From NCBI GenBank assembly GCA_965221165.1, contig CBDCRP010000002.1, positions 192,001-256,000 of the forward strand: 64,000 bases of DNA, read 5' to 3'. The DNA is from a bacterium. Lineage in GTDB: Bacteria; UBA8248. Of the stretch, positions 1 to 9,851 are shown piece by piece (the stretch's first letter is position 1; every line of letters starts with the position of its first letter). The notes beneath the pieces were generated by a model, which saw nothing but the letters and a program-made list of their open reading frames with translations, searched no databases and was not told the origin of the DNA. The translations under genes were made by a program, and so were the position numbers.

Positions 1-645
1 TCAGGAAATGCGCGCGCTCGTTTCCATGAAGCCACGCGAAAGATCGAAACGGGCCTGCGCAGTCGACCCCACCGTATCCTCTTCATCCACCAGGCGCCGC
101 AAGACCCTGACGGCCAGCCACGCGCCCAAAGCTCCCTGGGTCGCCACCGTGCGCGCTCCCCTTTCACGCGAGGCCGCACCCGGCCTCCCGAGTGCGGCGG
201 TTCCTTCGAGAATCTCACCCGCCTCACCTGCGGAGACGCCTTGTATGGTGAATCTTCCCGAAGGCTCGAATTTCTCGAAATCCGCAGATGCCTCATCTCC
301 CAACCAGACGAGCGCGTCGAAAACCTCCTCCTCGTCCAGGTAACGGGAAACCAGCGTGCAATCGGGATTCAAACTCCTTACGCCATCGCCCACACAAGCG
401 CCCAGGAAGGATGAAAGCGGCGATTCTTCCTTCAATCCATCGGCCCCATCCAGCGGACACCAGCCGACCCGCCCCACGCCCCCGGCGGCCAGATAGACCA
501 GGGCGACGAGGGCGGCGCTTTTCTCTTCTGCCGAAAACGCGATGAGCACGGAAGAAGCCAGGAGGCGCTCCTGGCCGATCCCTCCCACCCCGGGCAGAAG
601 AATGTGCCGGCTGTAGCGCTGAATCTGCTCTTCGCTCAAACCCAA
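1..645 (-). CDS. Degenerate ThiF/MoeB (E1-like) family protein
   Basis: N-terminus LSEEQIQRYSRHILLPGVGGIGQERLLASSVL is a typical MoeB/ThiF start, and YLAAGGVG and SLNPD are retained. No GxGxxG, SNLxRQ or CxxC motifs. Likely TTG start at 645 behind a GAGGAG RBS (the track ORF starts at 726). Stop TGA at 1-3. Confidence 0.75.
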   Translation of the reverse strand: MGLSEEQIQRYSRHILLPGVGGIGQERLLASSVLIAFSAEEKSAALVALVYLAAGGVGRVGWCPLDGADGLKEESPLSSFLGACVGDGVRSLNPDCTLVSRYLDEEEVFDALVWLGDEASADFEKFEPSGRFTIQGVSAGEAGEILEGTAALGRPGAASRERGARTVATQGALGAWLAVRVLRRLVDEEDTVGSTAQARFDLSRGFMETSARIS

Positions 646-679
646 GGGACGGTTCTCCTCTCGGGAGTATTGCGGGAGA

Positions 680-958
680 TTAGAGGCCGCCCGCGATGGC
701 CGGCACGATGGAGACCTCATCGCCATCGCTCACCGCCGTTCCCTCTCCCTGCAGGAAGCGGATGTCCTCCTGGTTCACATAAATGTTCACGAACCGGCGC
801 AGCTTGCCCTGCTCGTCGTAAAGGCGCTGGCGAATGCCCGCAAATTGCCGGTCGAGGTTTTCGAGCACTTCCTTGATATCCGCGCCCCCGATCTCCACGG
901 CGTCCTGCTGCTGGGTGAACTCCTGTAAAGGTGTCGGAATACGAACCGTTACCGCCAT
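680..958 (-). CDS. MoaD/ThiS/CysO-family ubiquitin-like sulfur carrier protein
   Basis: 92 aa. VTVRIPTPL start, LRRFVNIYVNQEDIRFL and C-terminal IVPAIAGG followed by one extra Leu. Confidence 0.9.
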   Translation of the reverse strand: MAVTVRIPTPLQEFTQQQDAVEIGGADIKEVLENLDRQFAGIRQRLYDEQGKLRRFVNIYVNQEDIRFLQGEGTAVSDGDEVSIVPAIAGGL

Positions 959-1014
959 TTCTGTCTCCTGATCTGTCTGAAACCCCTCTTTTCGGGGTGA
1001 ACGAAATAAGATTT

Positions 1015-1974
1015 CTAATGAAATTGCTGCTCCAGACTATAATACCTCTCCCAGCCATCGGGAATGACGACCACCACGTTTTCCTCCGGACTCATCCGCC
1101 GCGCTACGCGCAGGGCCGCGCAAACGGCCGCGCCCGCCGAAATGCCTGCGGCCATGCCCTCCTCCCGGCTCAGGGCCTTGCTCATGTCGTAGGCGTCCGA
1201 ATCGCTCACCTGCGCCATTTCGTCGATGATCGCCCGGTTCAACACCCCGGGAATGAAGCCGGCGCCTATTCCCTGTATATGGTGCGGTCCCGGCTCCCCG
1301 CCCGAAAGAACGGGCGATGCGGCGGGCTCCACCCCCACGATGAGGGTTTCGGGGCTTCTCTCCTTCAGTACCTCGCCCACTCCCGTGATGGTGCCTCCCG
1401 TCCCCACGCCCGCCACGAAGGCGTCTATCGATTCCGCGCCCATGTCGCGCAAAATCTCGCGCGCCGTGGTCCTGCGGTGGATTTCCGGGTTGGCCGGGTT
1501 GTTGAACTGCTGGGGCATGAAATAGTCCGGATTTTCGGCCAATATGGCTTCCGCCTTGACGAGGGAGCCGTACATGCCGCCTTCGCTGGAGCTGAAGACC
1601 ACCTCCGCCCCATAGCCGGTGAGCAGGGAGTGCCGCTCGTGACTCATGCTCTTGCTGAGCACGATGATGGTCCTGTAGCCGCGTATGGCGCCGATGAGCG
1701 CCAAGCCGATCCCCGTGTTGCCGCTCGTAGGCTCGATGATCGTTCCGCCGGGCTTCAGGAGTCCGCGCCGCTCGCCGTCGAGCACCATGCTGAGCGCGAT
1801 GCGATCCTTCACGCTTCCGCCGGGATTATATTGCTCGAGTTTGGCGAACACGCGCGCGCCGGATGCGTCGGGCAGACGCTGCAACCGGACGAGGCTCGTG
1901 CCCCCTATGCGATCGATGAGCGAGGGAAGCGCCCTTAAAATCTGGGGCGGGCGACCCCGTGTGCCCAATGCCAT
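1015..1974 (-). CDS. cysK: Cysteine synthase A (PLP-dependent O-acetylserine sulfhydrylase)
   Basis: KLEQYNPGGSVKDR (PLP Lys), EPTSGNTG, QQFNNPANP, GVGTGGT and HHIQGIGAGF motifs. Confidence 0.9.
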   Translation of the reverse strand: MALGTRGRPPQILRALPSLIDRIGGTSLVRLQRLPDASGARVFAKLEQYNPGGSVKDRIALSMVLDGERRGLLKPGGTIIEPTSGNTGIGLALIGAIRGYRTIIVLSKSMSHERHSLLTGYGAEVVFSSSEGGMYGSLVKAEAILAENPDYFMPQQFNNPANPEIHRRTTAREILRDMGAESIDAFVAGVGTGGTITGVGEVLKERSPETLIVGVEPAASPVLSGGEPGPHHIQGIGAGFIPGVLNRAIIDEMAQVSDSDAYDMSKALSREEGMAAGISAGAAVCAALRVARRMSPEENVVVVIPDGWERYYSLEQQFH

Positions 1975-2019
1975 GAGAGTACCCTTCCAAATCTTTTCAC
2001 CAAGACTCAGCCGAGCGTG

Positions 2020-2053
2020 AGACTATAATTCCTAAACAAAATTGTCAAGAATT
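2020..2053 (-). promoter_or_regulatory. Candidate sigma70 promoter of the cysK operon with an overlapping imperfect dyad
   Basis: Minus strand TTGACA (2048-2043), 17 nt, TAGTCT (2025-2020). It is overlapped by the imperfect inverted repeat AATTCCTAAACAAAATTGTCAAGAATT (2027-2053). Confidence 0.55.
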
Positions 2054-2180
2054 CCCCATTAAAGAATTTTTTGTTTTTTCTCCTTTTCGGCGCACCCTCG
2101 CCACACTCCCAATATATTCTCCGTGTGCTACATTCTCAGGACGCATCGTTTTATGTTGGATGAGAAAAGGAGAGCGCGAG

Positions 2181-3002
2181 ATGCCCCATTCCGCAGACGT
2201 TCCCCCCATTGCCTTGACGATAGCGGGTTCGGACTCCGGCGGCGGCGCAGGGATTCAGGCCGATCTCAAGACCTTCAGCGCATTCGGCGTCTATGGCGCC
2301 TCGGTCATCACCGCGCTCACGGCGCAAAATACCGTGGGCGTACAGGGGGTGCACGGCGCTCCGCCCGATTTCATCGCGGCGCAATTCGACTCGGTGTGCT
2401 CGGACTTGGAAATTGCAAGCGCGAAAATCGGCATGCTCGCCACGGTCGACGTCATCGAGGTCGTCGCCGAGAAGCTCAAGGCGCACGCGCTCGCGCGCGT
2501 CGTGCTCGACCCGGTGATGGTCGCCAAAAGCGGCGATCGTCTCCTGGCGCCCGACGCCAGAGACGCGCTCGTCGAAAAACTCTTTCCGCTGGCCGAGGTC
2601 GTCACCCCCAACACGGAGGAGGCGCGCGACATTCTGGAGATCCCCGAGATAGAGAACCTCGCACAGATGAAGGACGCCGCCCGAACCCTCCACGAGCGGG
2701 GGGCGAAATGCGTTCTGCTCAAGGGAGGCCACATCACCGACGGGGCGGTGGATATTTTTTTCGATGGAGAAACCGAGGTCGCCCTCGAGGGCAGGCGCAT
2801 CGACACCCCGCACACCCACGGCACGGGATGCACGCTCTCCTCCGCCATTGCGGCGGGGCTGGCCCTGGGCGACTCCACCATCGAGGCGGTGAGACGGGCG
2901 AAGGATTTCATTCAGGGCGCCATCGAGAACGCGCTGGCCATCGGAAACGGCAGAGGCCCGCTCAATCACATGTACCGTCAGCCCAAAGAGAAATCACCAT
3001 GA
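2181..3002 (+). CDS. thiD: Hydroxymethylpyrimidine/phosphomethylpyrimidine kinase
   Basis: ALTIAGSDSGGGAGIQADLKTF, VLDPVMVAKSG, TPN, LLKGGH and THGTGCTLSSAI motifs. ATG at 2181 after AAGGAG. Confidence 0.95.
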   Translation: MPHSADVPPIALTIAGSDSGGGAGIQADLKTFSAFGVYGASVITALTAQNTVGVQGVHGAPPDFIAAQFDSVCSDLEIASAKIGMLATVDVIEVVAEKLKAHALARVVLDPVMVAKSGDRLLAPDARDALVEKLFPLAEVVTPNTEEARDILEIPEIENLAQMKDAARTLHERGAKCVLLKGGHITDGAVDIFFDGETEVALEGRRIDTPHTHGTGCTLSSAIAAGLALGDSTIEAVRRAKDFIQGAIENALAIGNGRGPLNHMYRQPKEKSP

Positions 3003-3086
3003 GCCGTGAACTCTCGCAGAGCCTGATTTTCATATTCCAGGCTGCGATTCGACCAGACGACGATTCAACCAAAGGAAGGAGTCCCC

Positions 3087-3494
3087 ATGAGTGATCACCA
3101 TAAACCCTTGCGCGTGCGGGAGAGCGAAGCCCTGAGCGGAGAGCTGCCCGTGCCCGGGGGGAGAAGCATGTTCCGGATTCTGCTGGATGAGGAGAGCGTG
3201 GGCGCCAAGCAGTTCGCCTTGCTCATCAACGAATTCGACCCGGGACTCACCTCCACCGCCCACAAGCACGACACCGAGGAACATGCCTTCTACATCATCA
3301 GCGGAACGGGGGTGATCGACATCGAGGGGGATAAGATATCGGTCGAGGCGGGCGACGCGGTTTTCGTGCCCCCCGGCAAGATGCACCAAATCACGAGCAC
3401 GGGTGACTCGCTGTTCAAATATGTGGTTTTATATTCGCCTCCGGGTCCCAATGTGGCGCTCAGGGAAAAAGGCGCCTATGGACTCGCTGAATGA
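3087..3494 (+). CDS. Cupin domain protein
   Basis: AHKHDTEEHAFYIISGTG and GDAVFVPPGKMHQI match the two cupin metal-binding motifs. AGGAG RBS. Confidence 0.85.
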   Translation: MSDHHKPLRVRESEALSGELPVPGGRSMFRILLDEESVGAKQFALLINEFDPGLTSTAHKHDTEEHAFYIISGTGVIDIEGDKISVEAGDAVFVPPGKMHQITSTGDSLFKYVVLYSPPGPNVALREKGAYGLAE

Positions 3495-3572
3495 TTCGGG
3501 TTTGATGCGCTGAATCGTTTTCATGGAATCGGTGTACCAGGGATAAACCAAATTCCTTATCGGGAAGAAAAA

Positions 3573-6122
3573 ATGACTACTGTACTTTCGTTTCAGGTAG
3601 TGCCCAGCATTCCTCCCGAACTGGGAGAACTCGAAGAAATCGCCGACAACATCGCCTTCGACTGGAACCATCGCGCGCGCGCGCTGTTCAGTAGGCTGGA
3701 CGAGACCCAGTGGGAAGATTGCCACTACAACCCCGTCACGATGCTGAAATCCGTCTCTCAGGAGCGGCTCGATGCGGCGGCGCGCGATGCGCATTTCCTC
3801 CGCGAGATGAAAAGCGTGGTCAAAGAGCTTCACGCATATCTCCACAAACCATCCTGGTACCAGAACCTGCCCGAGAGCGAAAAGAGCGAGAACCTCCGCA
3901 TCGCCTACTTCAGCATGGAATTCGGGCTCACGGAATCCGTGCCCAACTACTCGGGCGGCCTGGGCGTCCTCGCCGGCGATCACATGAAATCCGCGAGCGA
4001 CTTGGGACTGCCCCTCATCGGCGTCGGCCTCGCCTACAGCCAGGGATATTTTCGCCAACACCTAGGCCCCGACGGCTGGCAGCAGGAGCGCTACCCGGAC
4101 AACGATTTCCATCACACGCCGTTCCATCTCGAGCACGATGCGGACGGAGCGCCCATCACGGTGGAGGTCGACTACCCCGACGGCCTCCTCACTGCGCAAG
4201 TCTGGCACGTGCAGGTGGGCCGCAACCCCATCTACCTCCTGGACGCCAACGTTCCCGGAAATGCTCCCTCGCTACGCGAAATCACCCTGGCCCTCTACGG
4301 CGGGGACATGGAAACGCGGATTCGCCAGGAGATACTGCTCGGCATCGGCGGCGTAAGATTGCTCCACAAACTGAACCTCCCCCCCGTCGTCTGCCACATG
4401 AACGAGGGACATTCCGCCTTCCTGGCGCTCGAGAGAATCCGTTTTTCCATGGGAAAATTCGGCATCGACGCCGGCGCTGCCCGGGAATTGACTTCTGCGG
4501 GAAACGTTTTCACGACGCACACGCCCGTTCCTGCCGGCATCGACATTTTTCCGCCCGACATGATGGAAAAATACTTTCGAAAATACGCGCAATCCCTCTC
4601 CATGGACTGGGGCGACTTTCTGGGCCTGGGCCGGGTGAACCCCGGACAGGGGGATGAGCCTTTCAACATGGCCGTCCTCGCGCTGCGTCTTTCCTCGGCG
4701 GCGAACGGCGTCAGCAAACTGCATGGCGAGATTTCACGAAAGATGTGGCAATCCATGTGGCCGGAAGTCCCCGAGCAGGATATTCCCATCGACTCCATCA
4801 CGAACGGCGTCCACTTTCCCACCTGGGTATCGCCCGAGATGAAGGACTTGTTCGACAGGCATCTGGGCGGCGGCTGGGTGGATGAGACGGACAAGCCGGA
4901 GAAGTGGGAGAGAGTCGCCTCCATCCCGGCGAGCGAGCTCTGGAGCGCAAGGGAGAAAAGCCGCGAGCGGCTCATCGCGTTTTGCCGCGCGCATGCCCAC
5001 AAGCGGCCATTGGGAAGCGTTACCCACCCCAACGTCACCATGCTCCCCAACCCCAAAACCCTGACGATCGGATTCGCGAGACGTTTCGCCACCTACAAGC
5101 GCGCCACCCTTTTGCTCAAAAGGCCCGAACGCCTCGTTTCACTCCTCACGAACGCGGAAAAGCCCATTCAGATCATATTCGCCGGCAAAGCCCACCCGAG
5201 AGACATGGAGGGCAAGAGCTTCATCCGCGAACTCATCCACTTCGCCCGAAGGGAAAACGTGCAGGACAGGCTCGTATTCGTGGAAGATTACGACATCCAC
5301 GTCGCGCGGCAACTCGTGCAAGGGGTCGATTTGTGGCTCAACAATCCCCGCCGCCCGCAAGAAGCGAGTGGTACGAGCGGCATGAAGGCCGCCGCGAACG
5401 GCGCCCTGAATCTGAGCATCTTGGACGGCTGGTGGGCGGAGGGGTATGCGAGCCGCTTGGGGTGGGCCATCGGCGGCCTGGAGACCTACAACGACCCCGG
5501 CTACCAGGACGAGATGGAGAGCGAGAGCTTGTTCAACACCCTCGAACAAGCCGTGGTTCCGCTTTTCTATGAACGCAGCGAAGAGGGCATTCCATCCCGC
5601 TGGGTGGAGATGATCAAACACTCCCTGCAATCCCTGTGTCCCTATTTCAATACGAGCCGGATGGTGCGCGAATACGCCGAAAAATTCTATCTGCCCCTGG
5701 GGGCGCATCATGCGCGCCTCATGGCGGATGAGAGGGTGCCCGCGAAGGCGCTCTCCGAATGGAAGGAGCACGTGCGCCGCGCATGGCCCGGGGTGGAGAT
5801 CACCCAAATATCAATGGCGCAAAACGGCGTCGTTCCGTTGGGCGCAAAAATGCGGGTCGAGGCGGAGGTTTCGCTCGGAAGACTCTCGCCCGAAGAAGTT
5901 CGCCTCGAGATTTACGAGGGCGCCTGGAAGGAGGAGAAACTGTTGTCCGGCGAGATCATCTCCCCTATGGTTTTCACGGAAGACTTAGGGGGCGGCGCGT
6001 ACCGTTTTCAGGGCGAGATCGAATGCCGCAGACCGGGCATGCACGGCGTGTCGGTGCGCGCAGTGCCCCATCACCCGCATCTCATTCATCCGTTGAGTCT
6101 GCATCTCTTGACCTGGGGTTAG
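3573..6122 (+). CDS. glgP: Alpha-glucan (glycogen) phosphorylase
   Basis: YFSMEFG, YSGGLGVLAGD, HMNEGH, FTTHTPVPAG, FARRFATYKR and EASGTSGMK (PLP Lys). Confidence 0.95.
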   Translation: MTTVLSFQVVPSIPPELGELEEIADNIAFDWNHRARALFSRLDETQWEDCHYNPVTMLKSVSQERLDAAARDAHFLREMKSVVKELHAYLHKPSWYQNLPESEKSENLRIAYFSMEFGLTESVPNYSGGLGVLAGDHMKSASDLGLPLIGVGLAYSQGYFRQHLGPDGWQQERYPDNDFHHTPFHLEHDADGAPITVEVDYPDGLLTAQVWHVQVGRNPIYLLDANVPGNAPSLREITLALYGGDMETRIRQEILLGIGGVRLLHKLNLPPVVCHMNEGHSAFLALERIRFSMGKFGIDAGAARELTSAGNVFTTHTPVPAGIDIFPPDMMEKYFRKYAQSLSMDWGDFLGLGRVNPGQGDEPFNMAVLALRLSSAANGVSKLHGEISRKMWQSMWPEVPEQDIPIDSITNGVHFPTWVSPEMKDLFDRHLGGGWVDETDKPEKWERVASIPASELWSAREKSRERLIAFCRAHAHKRPLGSVTHPNVTMLPNPKTLTIGFARRFATYKRATLLLKRPERLVSLLTNAEKPIQIIFAGKAHPRDMEGKSFIRELIHFARRENVQDRLVFVEDYDIHVARQLVQGVDLWLNNPRRPQEASGTSGMKAAANGALNLSILDGWWAEGYASRLGWAIGGLETYNDPGYQDEMESESLFNTLEQAVVPLFYERSEEGIPSRWVEMIKHSLQSLCPYFNTSRMVREYAEKFYLPLGAHHARLMADERVPAKALSEWKEHVRRAWPGVEITQISMAQNGVVPLGAKMRVEAEVSLGRLSPEEVRLEIYEGAWKEEKLLSGEIISPMVFTEDLGGGAYRFQGEIECRRPGMHGVSVRAVPHHPHLIHPLSLHLLTWG

Positions 6123-6221
6123 GCGGCGGCGCGCGTAAGAGCGCATTTCATGTTTCTCTTCGCTCTTGATAAGCTAACCGAAAAGGAGAACCGGCTCGCA
6201 GCGCGCGTAGGAGAATAGTTC

Positions 6222-6536
6222 ATGATCGAGAAGAAGCCACTCATTGTCGAAATCGGTCAAGGGGGGAGAATCCATCTTCCGAAGGATGTCATGAAATCCC
6301 TGGACGCCGGGCCCGGGAATCAAATCAGGTTCGAGGTCGAGGGGGAATCCGTGCGGATTCTGCGGCACCAGGTAAAAGACCCGTTCGCCGAAGCGGCCAG
6401 GAAGAAGAGTCCCGACATCCAGGAGTTGATGAGCCAACAGGCGGCCAGAAAAAAAGAGGCCGCCGACCTTTTCGACAAGGGAATGCAGGAGAAACACGAA
6501 ATCAGGCCCGAGGACAGGGAGGATTTCTGGCGATAG
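6222..6536 (+). CDS. AbrB/MazE/SpoVT-type DNA-binding domain protein
   Basis: VEIGQGGRIHLPKDVMKSLDAGPGNQIRFEVEGESVRI is a swapped-hairpin pattern. AGGAG RBS. Confidence 0.75.
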   Translation: MIEKKPLIVEIGQGGRIHLPKDVMKSLDAGPGNQIRFEVEGESVRILRHQVKDPFAEAARKKSPDIQELMSQQAARKKEAADLFDKGMQEKHEIRPEDREDFWR

Positions 6537-6571
6537 CGGCGAAGAGCAAGAGTAAACCGCCGCGAAATCCC

Positions 6572-8473
6572 CTACAGGCTGAATCCTTCCTCAAAGCGGA
6601 TGTCGGCTGCTTGCCTGAGTTTTTCCAGATACCGACTGAACACCATCGCCTTTTTCAAGCGAAGCGCGCCTTGCCGGAAATCCGCTTTCTCGGACTCGAA
6701 TTTCTTCATGTCCGCCTTGGGCCCCTCCAGTACTTCGAACAAAATCACGTCGTTTCCGGATTCGGCCGTCCCGAATGCGCCCCTGGCAAGGGTGAATGCG
6801 AGGTTCGAGACCTCCTGAGAAGACCCGAGCGCAGGAGGAACGCCCGTTCGTTTGAAGGCTTCGGGCTTGAGCACCTTGAGTTTCAGCTCCTCGGCGATGG
6901 CCGAGAGGTCACGCTTTTCATCCTTCAACTCCTGAAGCCAAAGCGCCGCTTTTCGTTTCGCGATCTCAGCCCCCTTGAACCGCAGGAATGCGCTCTCCAC
7001 CTGTTTGCGCACATCCGGGAATTTCGGAACGTAAGGCGCTCTTTTCGCTTCGAGCCGCACGAAGCTGACGCCGCCCTCCCCTTCCCGCTCCCTGGATATC
7101 TTTTCCTCTCCCCTCAGGCCGAAAGCAAGCTCACTCACGATGTTGGCTGCAGGCACTTTCCGTGAAAGACGGCCACTTTCAAAGAAACCGGTTTCTCCTT
7201 TTTTCAGCCCGTCGAGATAAGGCTCCGCCTTCTTGTCCTCCACCGCATAGCGGATTTTTCTGAGTTCGCTCCTCGCCCGCTGCTTGGCGCGCAAGTCCCG
7301 CAAATCCCTTTCCACTTCCTTTCGAACTTCCTCGAAGGGCTTCTCCCCGGGCAACAGCCGATCCCGCACCCACAAGAGGTGCATCCCGAAAGAAGTCTTT
7401 ACCGGCTTGCTCACCTCTCCCTTTTTCAGGCCATACGCCACATTCTCCAGTTCGGGCAGCATCTGCCCTCTACCGAACGTGCCGAGATCACCACCTCGCT
7501 TCGCCCCCGGGCCTTCGGAGTGCGCTTTCGCCAGTTCGGTGAATTTTTCGCCCTTCATGATGCGCTCGCGCAACCCGTCGAGCTTATTCCTGCTCGCTTC
7601 CACCAGCTCTTTTTTCGCATCGGGAGGAAGTTTCAAAAAGATTTGATTCACCGATACGCTCTCCTTGCGCGTATATTTCGTGCGGGTTCGCCCGTAGTGA
7701 AACCTCAAATCCGCATCCCCAAGCTCGATTCCTTTCGACATTGCGGAAAACGGGAGATGCCACCAGGATACCTTCCTCTGCGGGCCGGTCTTGAACTGAT
7801 TTTTATTTTTTTCATAATGGGCTTTCAGATCGGTCTCCAACTTCGACACTTCCCCGGCGAACATCTGCGGTCGCAGGCGAATGGCGGCCACCTTGATTTC
7901 CGCGTTTCGCCATTCATAAGCGCGGCGCGCTTCTTGCTCAGTGACCAATACGCCCGTGTCCACATAGTCACGAAGCTGATTGAGGAGAACAACCCTTTTT
8001 TGGTCCTCCTCGAACTGGCGCGGGGTGATGCCGTTCGATTCCAGGATGTCACGATATCGCTGGGCATCGAATTTCCCGTCTGTCTGAAAGGGGGGGAGCG
8101 TTTGTATCTGAAGGGCGACTTGGGCCTTGGTGGCCTCAATTCCGATCCGCTGCGCCTCGCGCAGTTGAAGTTTTTCCAATATGAGGGAATCGAGCGTCTG
8201 GCGCCTCAACCCGAGCCGGCGCGCGAGTTCTTCGTTGTAGGCGGCGCCGAGTTGTCGTCTGAGCCTTTCGGCCTGTTGATAATAGCGCTGCTCGAATTCG
8301 CGCACGGATATCGGCGTATCGCCGACCCACGCCGCGACCCGCCCACCTCCGGGATTGTTCTGTCTACCCGTGAGCGCGAACCCGCCGAAAGATACGAATG
8401 TAAGCGCCACGAAGCCGAGCAACGCCTTCAGGACCCAGCTTTTTCCCTTCTCTCTCAAAAAGCGAAGCATCAA
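6572..8473 (-). CDS. ppiD: PpiD/SurA-like periplasmic chaperone with parvulin PPIase domain
   Basis: N-terminal TM anchor, SurA-N-like region, and rotamase motif FTELAKAHSEGPGAKRGGDLG...PVKTSFGMHL. Confidence 0.85.
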   Translation of the reverse strand: MMLRFLREKGKSWVLKALLGFVALTFVSFGGFALTGRQNNPGGGRVAAWVGDTPISVREFEQRYYQQAERLRRQLGAAYNEELARRLGLRRQTLDSLILEKLQLREAQRIGIEATKAQVALQIQTLPPFQTDGKFDAQRYRDILESNGITPRQFEEDQKRVVLLNQLRDYVDTGVLVTEQEARRAYEWRNAEIKVAAIRLRPQMFAGEVSKLETDLKAHYEKNKNQFKTGPQRKVSWWHLPFSAMSKGIELGDADLRFHYGRTRTKYTRKESVSVNQIFLKLPPDAKKELVEASRNKLDGLRERIMKGEKFTELAKAHSEGPGAKRGGDLGTFGRGQMLPELENVAYGLKKGEVSKPVKTSFGMHLLWVRDRLLPGEKPFEEVRKEVERDLRDLRAKQRARSELRKIRYAVEDKKAEPYLDGLKKGETGFFESGRLSRKVPAANIVSELAFGLRGEEKISREREGEGGVSFVRLEAKRAPYVPKFPDVRKQVESAFLRFKGAEIAKRKAALWLQELKDEKRDLSAIAEELKLKVLKPEAFKRTGVPPALGSSQEVSNLAFTLARGAFGTAESGNDVILFEVLEGPKADMKKFESEKADFRQGALRLKKAMVFSRYLEKLRQAADIRFEEGFSL

Positions 8474-8713
8474 TGTTGAACTCCTTCAAAATCGACCGCA
8501 TATAGGATCGAACACGATTTTTGCGGCGAGCAAAAGAGAAAATAGCCCACCTCTGCTCGCATCGCAAACGGGAGAAGGTGAATTTTTCGGGCCCCGCCCA
8601 TCGCACATGGAAATTTTCATAGGCTAAAGGCTCGTTTATTCTTGAAATTGGTACTTCCCTTGATTATTCTCACTTGGGATGCTAATCATACTGCAACTAC
8701 CGCCCGTGGATGA

Positions 8714-9772
<1,059 letters not shown>

Positions 9773-9851
9773 CCGAGACGCTTCACCGGAGCCTCGGCCA
9801 CTGCCTGCAATAGTGCTTTCGCACTCTACCCCGAATGAACCCTAGAACATT

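Noticed and set aside
1975-2180. TPP riboswitch upstream of thiD
   Set aside because: No CTGAGA...ACCTGA core is visible on either strand.
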